DNA of 64,000 bases. It comes from an uncultured Erysipelotrichaceae bacterium (lineage in GTDB: Bacteria; Bacillota_I; Bacilli_A; RFN20; CAG-826). The translations under genes and the position numbers were made by a program. Of the stretch, positions 27,542 through 36,514 are shown piece by piece (the first letter of the stretch is position 1; the number at the start of each line of letters is the position of its first letter). The stretch is taken from the NCBI GenBank assembly GCA_902787955.1, contig CADAIJ010000003.1, forward strand, positions 13,907-77,906, read 5' to 3'. The notes below the pieces were generated by a model. That model made no database searches. It had not been told where the DNA came from and was given only the letters and a program-made list of their open reading frames with translations.

Positions 27542-28189
27542 TTATTCACCTACTATTTTTAATAAATCTGATAAGACTTCTAACTTATATTTAACTTGCT
27601 TATGGGCGCACGCATCTCCGATTGCCACTGGAACAAATCCACCCACAACCGCCGCGTCAATACCAGCAAAAGCATCTTCAACAACGATACAATCTTTTGG
27701 TTCTAATCCAATTCTTTTTGCGGCAATTAAAAATACTTCTGGATCTGGTTTACTTTTCTTAATATCTGTACCATCCGCTATCGCATCAAAGGCATTAATT
27801 AAACCAACTCGAGATAAAATTAATTTGGTATTTTTACTTGATGATCCAATCGCGATTTTTAGGCCTTTATTTTTAAGTTCGTCTAATGTATCTCTTACAT
27901 CAACACTTACAAAATCAGGAGTTAAACCATTAAGTAGTTCGCGATAGGTGTTATTTTTTTCTTCAGCAAAAGCAAGTTTCTCTTCTTCGCTAAAATGATA
28001 TCCTTCTAAAATAATCTCTAAAGAAGCCATTCTACTAACCCCTCTTAAGCGATTATTCTTTTCTCGGTTAAAAGGAATATTTAATCGATTAGCTAACTTT
28101 TTCCAAGCTTTATAATGAAAGTCATCTGTTGATAAAATGACACCATCTAAATCAAATATTACACCCTTAATCATTTTTATTATCTCCAA
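27542..28189 (-). CDS. HAD-superfamily hydrolase, beta-phosphoglucomutase-like subfamily.
   Basis: The VIFDLDGVIL motif I and a C-terminal VEDAFAGIDAA. Confidence 0.7.
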   Translation of the reverse strand: MEIIKMIKGVIFDLDGVILSTDDFHYKAWKKLANRLNIPFNREKNNRLRGVSRMASLEIILEGYHFSEEEKLAFAEEKNNTYRELLNGLTPDFVSVDVRDTLDELKNKGLKIAIGSSSKNTKLILSRVGLINAFDAIADGTDIKKSKPDPEVFLIAAKRIGLEPKDCIVVEDAFAGIDAAVVGGFVPVAIGDACAHKQVKYKLEVLSDLLKIVGE

Positions 28190-29624
28190 TAAAATATTTT
28201 CTTAATAAATATGAAGGAGTACAGCTCCAAGCGTGGCAATAGCTTAAAACGGCTTTACCTCCATATGGACTTTCATCTTTATTATTTGGATTAAATAATT
28301 CGTAGAAAGTGTCTGCCCCATCATTAGCCATCGCGCCCCAATATTCATCCATAGTTGAGCGAGCTTCTTCTTTTAAACCGCATTTAATTAAAGCTTCAAT
28401 GTAATAGTGATACATATATGGAGTCACTATTTCTTCAAAAGATAATGATTTTAAATTATGAATAATTTGTTGATTTTTCTCCAAAGAGAAATCATTACCT
28501 AAAATCATCCAAACATTACTCGCTAAAGAGATTTGTCTATCTTTTCCACTAACATATACGCCAAGTTTTTCATCAAAGAAATGTTTAGATGCTTCTAATT
28601 TCTTTTTATAGTCGTCAATTAATAATTTGGTGTCTTTATTAGTAGCTTTATATAGTTCAATTAAATCTTTTAAAGCCACTAAATAAACGCCTTGCGCGCC
28701 ACACTGTTTATTTAATCTTAAGTTCCAATCTAAAAAGCACCATCCTAAAACGCTACTATCATTAACTATGTCATCAGTAAAATTGTTTTGAGCAAGTTCA
28801 ATTTGTTTAGTGGCAATTGGTAATAAATCAATCACAGTTTTTAAATCGTTCGTGTGCTTAAAATAATCATTAAGCGTGGAGATATAAAGCAAGGAATAAT
28901 CAAACATAAAGGTATCATCACCAGTAACCTTTGGACTAGTGAAAACACATGCTGGTACTCTTCCATCTTTATCCGTTACTCCTGCAAATAAATAAAGACA
29001 CCTTTTGACTAGATCATAGTTTTTATAAGTGTAATAATTGGTTAAAGCTTGAAGTCTTAAGTCACCAAGCCATAAACGACGATCTCTTTTTGGTCCATCT
29101 TCAAATTCATACTGCATGCATTCATGAAGAGTTAATAAAGCTACTTTATCGATATTCTTTTCTAAAGAATTATTACCAACATAATTAACTCTAACATTAT
29201 TAGAAGAAAGAGCATCGATATGAGCGCCTTTTAAGATAACTCTATATTTATTTGAAGAGGCAACTAATTCAACTTTAACATAACGGAAAGCATATCTTCT
29301 TTTTAGTTTTAAGGTAGTTGGTAAGATATCTAAATGAATTAATTCTTCTTGAATCCAACTTTTTGAAATCCAACCATGATATTCTTCCGTCTTTTCATTA
29401 ATTTCATCTTTATGTTCACAAAATTTTATTCTTAATAAAATAGGGGCGTCTACTGGAGAGCCTTCAAAATCTAAATCAAGGGATAAGAAGCCAGTGTAAT
29501 GAGTAACAAAATCAATTACAAAAGCCTCACCTACTTTTAATTCACTTGAAAAATCTTTATTGATATAAGTATGAAATAATTCAGGTTTTAATTGCTTGGC
29601 AACATTTAGTAATCTTTTGTTCAT
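28167..29624 (-). CDS. Six-hairpin glycoside hydrolase, GH78 alpha-L-rhamnosidase-like catalytic domain only.
   Basis: 485 aa with no signal peptide. Has DRRLWLGD and C-terminal ...SYCHAWS... segments like the GH78 (alpha/alpha)6 domain. Confidence 0.5.
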   Translation of the reverse strand: MNKRLLNVAKQLKPELFHTYINKDFSSELKVGEAFVIDFVTHYTGFLSLDLDFEGSPVDAPILLRIKFCEHKDEINEKTEEYHGWISKSWIQEELIHLDILPTTLKLKRRYAFRYVKVELVASSNKYRVILKGAHIDALSSNNVRVNYVGNNSLEKNIDKVALLTLHECMQYEFEDGPKRDRRLWLGDLRLQALTNYYTYKNYDLVKRCLYLFAGVTDKDGRVPACVFTSPKVTGDDTFMFDYSLLYISTLNDYFKHTNDLKTVIDLLPIATKQIELAQNNFTDDIVNDSSVLGWCFLDWNLRLNKQCGAQGVYLVALKDLIELYKATNKDTKLLIDDYKKKLEASKHFFDEKLGVYVSGKDRQISLASNVWMILGNDFSLEKNQQIIHNLKSLSFEEIVTPYMYHYYIEALIKCGLKEEARSTMDEYWGAMANDGADTFYELFNPNNKDESPYGGKAVLSYCHAWSCTPSYLLRKYFIGDNKND

Positions 29625-31330
29625 TATATTCTAGTATCCCATTTGCCACAGAAAGCATCAACTGGGCTAACTCCTTTAAATTCAGAATCACCCATTAATT
29701 TCTCAATTAATTTATCGAGAATAATATCAGTACTTCCATAAGTATTAATATATGTCTTTACTCTTGGAACATCTAATAGATGGTATGGATTTTCTAAAGA
29801 AATGAAGATTGTTGGCACACTATTAATGTAGGTCGGAACGTTTGCTCCCATTGGTTGAGCCCATTCAATTCTCACTACTGTTTGGTTGCTCTTAGTGGCC
29901 ATATTTGCCGAATAAATAATTAAATCGTAATTATTCTTAACTTCTTCTGAAGAGGCCATCATTCCTTCAAAGCCTGGCTTAGGTACAAATTTAGTTACTT
30001 CAAAGCCTTTTTCTTTTAATTTATTCATGAAGTTGTTATTAGCACTCATATCAACGCTAAAACCCATTTGCCCTTCACCAGATTCAATCGCATAAAATAA
30101 CACTCTTTTATATTTATTTGGATTAATTGGTAAAACGTTTTGAATGTTTTTTACTAAAGTAATTGAATAATCTGCGACTTCATAAGCGAATTTTTTATTA
30201 TTCTTATTGCCCACTACTTTATTAATATTTTCTAAAGTAGGAATCATTCGATCTTTATGAAGTTTTAATGATGCTTTTAAGGCTAGGATTTTTCTAACTG
30301 CATCATTTAATCTTTCTTCGCTAATAATACCTTCTTCGTATCCTTTTCTCATAAATGAAAAGTCTTCTTCAAGGTTTTTAGTGAATAAAAACATATCGCA
30401 TCCAGCGGCAATAGTTAATGGAACTAGTTTTCTTCTCTCCATAGCGATATTTAATCCCGCCATAGTCGTGGAATCTGTTATTACTAAGCCATTAAAGCCT
30501 AGTTTTTCTTTTAATAAACCAGTAACAATCTCTTTCGAAATGGTTGCAGGTAAAATATCTTCATCTTTCAAAGAAGGAGTGAGCAATTTGCTATAAGAAG
30601 GAAGCATAATGTGTCCCACCATAATGGTTTTAACACCTGCTTCAATGCAGCTTTTATATATTTCCCCATAACTATTATCCCATTCTTCTATTGTTAAAGA
30701 ATTGATTGAAGTTACTAGATGTTGATCTCTTTCATCCACTCCATCACCTGGGAAATGTTTAGCACAACCTGCTAATCCATATTTTTGTAATGAATTAATA
30801 TAATTAACGCCGCACTTTTTGACCATGTTTTTGTTAGAGCCAAAAGTTCTAGTGTTAGTAATTGGATTTCTGAAATTTAAATCAATATCAACAATTGGGG
30901 CAAAAGACCAGTTAACCCCACAAGAACTGCCTTCTTTTCCACAAATATCACCTAAAATAGAAGCATATTTAGAGTCATTAGTAGCGGCAATTGCTAATTC
31001 TGCTCCTAATTTGGTTCCGCTAGTGGAAACGCCGTTTCCTCCCGCTTCTAAGTTTGCTGAAATAAGCATTGGAATCTTAGAGTTATTTTGTAAATAGCTA
31101 ACTGTTTTAACAATTTCTTCATTATTCATGACGCGGCACATAATGCCACCAATTTTTAGAACGTTAGCTAAATAACTTAGATATTGTTCATCGCTTGAAT
31201 AAGCAATTAAACAAAATAGTTGTCCTATTTTTTCTTCGAGAGATAAATTAGATAGAGTATTTTCAACCCAATCAATATCTTCGTCATTTAGATAAAATGG
31301 TTTACTCTTGAGGTTTGTCATTAGTTTCAC
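29624..31330 (-). CDS. Glycoside hydrolase family 3 protein (beta-glucosidase/beta-hexosaminidase-like).
   Basis: The GH3 N-terminal domain motif KHFPGDG and an upstream catalytic region. 568 aa. Confidence 0.75.
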   Translation of the reverse strand: MKLMTNLKSKPFYLNDEDIDWVENTLSNLSLEEKIGQLFCLIAYSSDEQYLSYLANVLKIGGIMCRVMNNEEIVKTVSYLQNNSKIPMLISANLEAGGNGVSTSGTKLGAELAIAATNDSKYASILGDICGKEGSSCGVNWSFAPIVDIDLNFRNPITNTRTFGSNKNMVKKCGVNYINSLQKYGLAGCAKHFPGDGVDERDQHLVTSINSLTIEEWDNSYGEIYKSCIEAGVKTIMVGHIMLPSYSKLLTPSLKDEDILPATISKEIVTGLLKEKLGFNGLVITDSTTMAGLNIAMERRKLVPLTIAAGCDMFLFTKNLEEDFSFMRKGYEEGIISEERLNDAVRKILALKASLKLHKDRMIPTLENINKVVGNKNNKKFAYEVADYSITLVKNIQNVLPINPNKYKRVLFYAIESGEGQMGFSVDMSANNNFMNKLKEKGFEVTKFVPKPGFEGMMASSEEVKNNYDLIIYSANMATKSNQTVVRIEWAQPMGANVPTYINSVPTIFISLENPYHLLDVPRVKTYINTYGSTDIILDKLIEKLMGDSEFKGVSPVDAFCGKWDTRI

Positions 31331-32390
31331 CTCTATTTTTCTTTTCTTTATATTGCTTTATTATTTTTTTAATAAGGGTTCCGTTAGCTAAATCTTTACA
31401 GGTTTGTTCGTTATTTAAAAAGATTAAGAATCCCACTAATAAGACTGCAGTGACGATCGATTGAATACTCGCGGTAATTGTTTTCGTGTTAAATAAGGCG
31501 AACATAGAGCTTAATAAACTGATACAGATTGAGGCAATTAAATAGCCAATCTTGTCATTTGTGTATTTACCAATATATCCCCCAATAAACATTGGTAAAA
31601 AGGCGATGAACATAATTCCAATTGAACCAAAGTTTAATACAGAAGTAGCAATTTGGTTACCTGGGAGAACTTGTAAGAAACCAACTGTTCCCATTAACGC
31701 ACCACAGATTGTATAGCATATAATCGCGTTTGGAACTTCTTTAATCCCTGTATTAACAGCGATATTTTGTCCTGCTCTTAAAGCTTTGTAGTTAAAACCA
31801 AACTTAGAACGATCAAATACTAAATAAATAACACCTAAGGCTAAAACGATAATAATAAGATGAATCCACCAACTCTCTCTAAAGAAAATCATCGAGGCAT
31901 TGGATGTTTCAGTGGTAATGTATCTACCGCCACTAATCATATAAATAATGCCTTCAAATATTAAAGTGACACCTAAAGAAGTGATAATTGGAGGGAGTTT
32001 TAAAGCAACGTATAAAGCTCCTGATAAAGCACCTAAGACTGCTCCAACAATAATAGAAATTAAAAGCATTACTGGAGCACTTGCTCCACTTCCAGCTAAC
32101 ATTGCGTAAGTAATTTTAGCAGCAATAACGGAGGATAAAGTTGATAATGATCCAATCGAAAAGTCGAATCTTCCACTACTTAGGTTAATTGATAAAGCAA
32201 TTGTGGTAAGAAGGACAACCGCGGTATATCTAGTAAAGCCATAGAAAGAAACATCCGTAGTTAAAATCATTTGTCCGCTTGATAAACAGACAATTAAAAT
32301 AGCCATAATAACGAGAACAGGGATTGTAAAAATACCAAACGCTTTTTTACGAATGTCTTTAGCTTTTGATTGTTTATTAATTGCTTCCAT
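31302..32390 (-). CDS. ABC transporter permease (BMP/CUT2-type inner-membrane component).
   Basis: 362 aa, polytopic, with typical branched-chain/sugar ABC permease topology. It belongs to a 4-gene transporter cluster. Confidence 0.7.
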   Translation of the reverse strand: MEAINKQSKAKDIRKKAFGIFTIPVLVIMAILIVCLSSGQMILTTDVSFYGFTRYTAVVLLTTIALSINLSSGRFDFSIGSLSTLSSVIAAKITYAMLAGSGASAPVMLLISIIVGAVLGALSGALYVALKLPPIITSLGVTLIFEGIIYMISGGRYITTETSNASMIFFRESWWIHLIIIVLALGVIYLVFDRSKFGFNYKALRAGQNIAVNTGIKEVPNAIICYTICGALMGTVGFLQVLPGNQIATSVLNFGSIGIMFIAFLPMFIGGYIGKYTNDKIGYLIASICISLLSSMFALFNTKTITASIQSIVTAVLLVGFLIFLNNEQTCKDLANGTLIKKIIKQYKEKKNRGETNDKPQE

Positions 32391-32469
32391 AAATTACCTC
32401 CGCAATGTTAACTAAGTGCTTGCTATGCAGGAATTAACCCGCATAGCAAGACACGCTTTTATAATTTGA

Positions 32470-33639
32470 TTATTGTGGTGTTCTATCTAATTCAACAGCA
32501 GCTTTGAAGCTATCATATGATGCACCGATAAGTGTATCTAAAACTGTCTTATTGAAAATAGGATTAGTAACTGAATCTGCTGATTGGAATTTTTCGAATT
32601 CAGCAGAGCTCTTGGCTGTCCAATAACCTTGGCTAAGAGAGAAGGCATCGCCATTTGCAAGTCTAATGGCCTTACCATCGATAGCAGATTTAATAGCAGC
32701 AAAGATTGGCCCTAATGAAGAAGAATATTTACCAGCTAAGTATTTTAATGAACCGGTTTTCATGTGGGCTCCGTTAGCGGTTGTAAATGAATCGATATCA
32801 GAATATTCAAGGTTTGCTTTATCTAACATATCAGCAAAGAAAGTTGTGGTCATACCAACTGATAAGAATGCGTCTGGATTACCAGCAATAATTTCACCGA
32901 CTCTACCAAAGATTGCACCTTCACCATCAAAACCACTGCAATAATCAATTGTGACATCACCAGCGATATTTGAAGCGTCGAATTGAGCGCCATCACCAAA
33001 GACAGTGTAAACGATATTTTGACCGCTTTGTCCTTTGTAAGTATCACCTAAACCAGTTAATAAACCAGCCATACGGTATAAGTGCATTGGGTTTGGAATA
33101 AACGCACCATAAACGCCAACTTTAGAAACTTTTTTGGTTTCTTTATAATATTGACCCATTGCTAAGCCAGTATTATATTCGGTAACCATATCTGGGCCAA
33201 TTTGACCAACAAAGTATTCGAGATTCTTGCTAGCGTTATAGTCTTCATCACTCATCATTCCACTACCAATTGCAAAGTAAACTTTGTTTGTATTGCATAA
33301 TTGAGCAAGATCGCCACGGTTCTTATCAGCCATATCGATAATTGCTTTGCAGTTTTGACCAATAAATGTTTCTGCTTGAGCTCTTGCTTGTTCAGCAGAA
33401 TCGAGTTGTGGAGAATAAACAAATTCGTAGTTGTATTCTTTAGCAACATATTGTTGTAAATAGTTTTTGAAGCCGATTGCTTCATCACCACTTGCATCTG
33501 CAACTAAAACACCAACTTTGACAGTGCTATTACCACCGCCACAAGCAACAAGAGCCATACTTGCTCCGGCCAACGCGATAGCAGTGACCCCTTTAATAAA
33601 TTTTGAAATTGCCATAATTTCACTTTTTTGCATATACAT
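32470..33639 (-). CDS. BMP-family (basic membrane protein / PnrA-like) substrate-binding lipoprotein.
   Basis: Signal peptide with the lipobox LVACGGG. The periplasmic-binding fold sequence lies between the two permease genes. Confidence 0.7.
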   Translation of the reverse strand: MYMQKSEIMAISKFIKGVTAIALAGASMALVACGGGNSTVKVGVLVADASGDEAIGFKNYLQQYVAKEYNYEFVYSPQLDSAEQARAQAETFIGQNCKAIIDMADKNRGDLAQLCNTNKVYFAIGSGMMSDEDYNASKNLEYFVGQIGPDMVTEYNTGLAMGQYYKETKKVSKVGVYGAFIPNPMHLYRMAGLLTGLGDTYKGQSGQNIVYTVFGDGAQFDASNIAGDVTIDYCSGFDGEGAIFGRVGEIIAGNPDAFLSVGMTTTFFADMLDKANLEYSDIDSFTTANGAHMKTGSLKYLAGKYSSSLGPIFAAIKSAIDGKAIRLANGDAFSLSQGYWTAKSSAEFEKFQSADSVTNPIFNKTVLDTLIGASYDSFKAAVELDRTPQ

Positions 33640-33726
33640 ATTGTACTTATGCTATGCGTTACCTTTCATAAGATTAGAGTTGCTAGTACAAAGCAACGTT
33701 TATTTGTCCACCGAAGTGGTTAAAAC

Positions 33727-34755
33727 CTATCTTGGCAAGTTTTTAGAACGGTAATTGATACTTGCTACAAAGACGATAGCAAGGAAGAAAACACCGCTGA
33801 TAACTTGCACTAAACCATCTCTTGCTCCTTCCATTGATTGGAAAAGAATAAAGAGAATATTGGTCATGATGTTGTATGAAAATCCACCGATAAGAGCGGA
33901 ATATATCCTACTTCGAGCACCACCATTAATTGGCATGCCACCAAAGACAATAGCGATAAATACCGACATACCAATGCTACTAGCAGTTGTGGTTGATACT
34001 GTATGAGCGTAAACAACAGTCATTGAGCTTCCTAAACCAACTCCTAAACCTGCTAAAGCAAAAGCGATAATACCGAATAAAGAAATGGAAATACCGGTTA
34101 ACTTAGCGCATTTTTCATTGCCACCAAGGAACTTTTGTTTTCTACCAACTTTTGTAAAGTTAAATATAAAGACCATTGCTAAGATAAAGATGCCAAGCAA
34201 GATGATTTTAAATATAGGAGTGTCTAATGGTGCTAATTTATCCACGAGTTCAGAAGGTAAATTAATGCTATAAGAAGTTCCACTTGCACTGCCTTGAGAT
34301 TGAATTAAGAATGTGGCTAAAGCTGTTAAAACAGAAAGCATTGCAATTGTGGTAACAAACATCGGGAGATGAAATACACTAGCAATTAAAGCGTTTAATA
34401 ATGAACAACCAACCGCAACGAGGATACAGATGATAAATAATAGAGCGATACTACCTGTAGCTTTATAAACTAAAGTACCAATAACTGCAGAGAATAATGC
34501 ATTAGCGCCTAAAGATATATCAAACTGGCCAAGAGTGAATATGAATATAGCGCCAGTTGCTACTAAAACAAGAATCAAAGATTGATTTAATAAAGATCTT
34601 AAATTCATCATGATGTTATAGTCGTTAACATTTAAAATGATGATATAAAAGACGAAAAGTAAAATAAGCGCTAATAAAGGAAGCAAAGTAATGACTAACT
34701 TTTTAGCTTTATATTTATCAAATTTTGGTTTTTTATTTTCCATAACTTGTTCCAT
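33727..34755 (-). CDS. ABC transporter permease (second membrane component).
   Basis: 342 aa, polytopic, adjacent to the ATPase gene. Confidence 0.7.
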   Translation of the reverse strand: MEQVMENKKPKFDKYKAKKLVITLLPLLALILLFVFYIIILNVNDYNIMMNLRSLLNQSLILVLVATGAIFIFTLGQFDISLGANALFSAVIGTLVYKATGSIALLFIICILVAVGCSLLNALIASVFHLPMFVTTIAMLSVLTALATFLIQSQGSASGTSYSINLPSELVDKLAPLDTPIFKIILLGIFILAMVFIFNFTKVGRKQKFLGGNEKCAKLTGISISLFGIIAFALAGLGVGLGSSMTVVYAHTVSTTTASSIGMSVFIAIVFGGMPINGGARSRIYSALIGGFSYNIMTNILFILFQSMEGARDGLVQVISGVFFLAIVFVASINYRSKNLPR

Positions 34756-34766
34756 AAAAACACTCC

Positions 34767-36314
34767 TTAGATCATATAACCGATGATTTCGGCATCGCTT
34801 AAATCTTTACTTCTTAAGAATTCTTTATTAATTTTTCCATCTTTCATAATGATCAAACGATCACTCATGCCCATTAATTCCGGTAATTCTTCGGAAATGA
34901 TAATAATGGTCTTCCCTTCTTTTTTAAGACGATAAAGTAGTTGGTACATAGCTTGTTTAACACCGATATCAACACCACGTGTTGGGCAGTCTAAAACTAA
35001 GATTTCACTACCGCAGCCAATCCATTTACCAAAAACTACTTTTTGTTTATTACCACCTGATAGGGTTTGTACTACTTGAGAACTATCAGAACATTTAATT
35101 AATAAGGAGTCGATTTGTTTTTTAACATATTCATTTTCTTTAGAATAGAGAACTAAGAAATTCCCGATAGAGAAAATATCTAAACCAGCGATTGCGATAT
35201 TATCTTTAACGGATGCTGATAAAACTAATGACTCATTATCTCTATCTTTTGAGACATAGCCAATTTTCTTTTTAGTAGCGAAGATTTCGTTTTTAATCTT
35301 TTCGCCATTAACTAAAGCTTCTCCATCATCGAGTTTAACCGCGCCAAATAATGCTTTTCCTAAGGTGTGCATTCCGCAATGAGATAAACCACCAATACCG
35401 AGGATTTCTCCTTCATGAGCTTCTAAATTAATGCCATACATATGACCTTTTACAGTCGCATTTTTTAATTCAATTGTGACTTTTTCACCATGAGTTGGAT
35501 CATAATCACTACGATAATAATCACCTTCTAATTCACGGCCAATCATACTTAATCTAATTTGATCAGGATCGAATTCTTCTTTTTTGAATGTGCGGATGAT
35601 GTTGCCATCTCTTAAAACCGTTAAGGTATCGCAAACTTCCATAATCTCATCTAAATCATGAGAAATGAAAATAACTGCTCTATTTTCTTCTCTATAACGT
35701 TTAACTACTTTATAAAGAATTTCTCTTCCTTTTTGTGATAAGGCGGTTGTTGTTTCGTCAACGATTAAAATTTCAGGTTCTTTCATGATGACTTTAGCAA
35801 TTTCGACTAGTTTACGAGATTGGAAATCTAAAGCACCCATAATCATGGAACTATCAATATTATCAATTCCAATATTTCTTAATACTTCGTTTGCGCGTGC
35901 ATGCAGTTCTTTTTTATTAATAAAGCCATATTTACTAAATTGATTTAAATTACCTAAGAAAATGTTTTCAGCGACAGAAATACCTGCAATTGTTCCACTT
36001 TCTTGAACAATCATGCCGATTCCTTTATCTAAGGCATCGATCATACTTTTAGGAGCCCAGTTTTCACCTAAATATTTCATTTCACCGCTATCGGCTTTTT
36101 GCATTCCAGCAGCGATAGAGGAGATTGTTGATTTGCCAGAACCATTCTCGCCAATTAGACCTAAAACATCTCCACGATAGAGTTTTAAATCAACATTATT
36201 TAAAGCAGTAACAGGACCAAAAGTTTTAGTCATATTGGTGATTTCCAAAATCAAATCACCTTTATTTCGAGTAATGGAATTTGGCATTTTTAAACGCTCC
36301 TTTTGTATCGACAA
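34767..36314 (-). CDS. ABC transporter ATP-binding protein with two fused ATPase domains.
   Basis: The first domain has Walker A GENGSGKST, the signature LSGGNKQK-type motif and Walker B. The second domain is degenerate, as in CUT2/BMP-type importers. Confidence 0.85.
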   Translation of the reverse strand: MSIQKERLKMPNSITRNKGDLILEITNMTKTFGPVTALNNVDLKLYRGDVLGLIGENGSGKSTISSIAAGMQKADSGEMKYLGENWAPKSMIDALDKGIGMIVQESGTIAGISVAENIFLGNLNQFSKYGFINKKELHARANEVLRNIGIDNIDSSMIMGALDFQSRKLVEIAKVIMKEPEILIVDETTTALSQKGREILYKVVKRYREENRAVIFISHDLDEIMEVCDTLTVLRDGNIIRTFKKEEFDPDQIRLSMIGRELEGDYYRSDYDPTHGEKVTIELKNATVKGHMYGINLEAHEGEILGIGGLSHCGMHTLGKALFGAVKLDDGEALVNGEKIKNEIFATKKKIGYVSKDRDNESLVLSASVKDNIAIAGLDIFSIGNFLVLYSKENEYVKKQIDSLLIKCSDSSQVVQTLSGGNKQKVVFGKWIGCGSEILVLDCPTRGVDIGVKQAMYQLLYRLKKEGKTIIIISEELPELMGMSDRLIIMKDGKINKEFLRSKDLSDAEIIGYMI

Positions 36315-36514
36315 TAAAATTTTAAAATATGGGGCTTTAAGATATAACTCGCTTGGATATGGAATTTAAGATAGATTTTTATTCTTTTTTGAAAGGATGA
36401 TGAAACATAACAAAAGGGATTTTCTTAATTTTTTGAGTAGTATACATATTTTTACATTAATTTTTTGTTTATGTATTTATCATATGTTCTTTTTTTGATA
36501 AAATATCATGTGTT

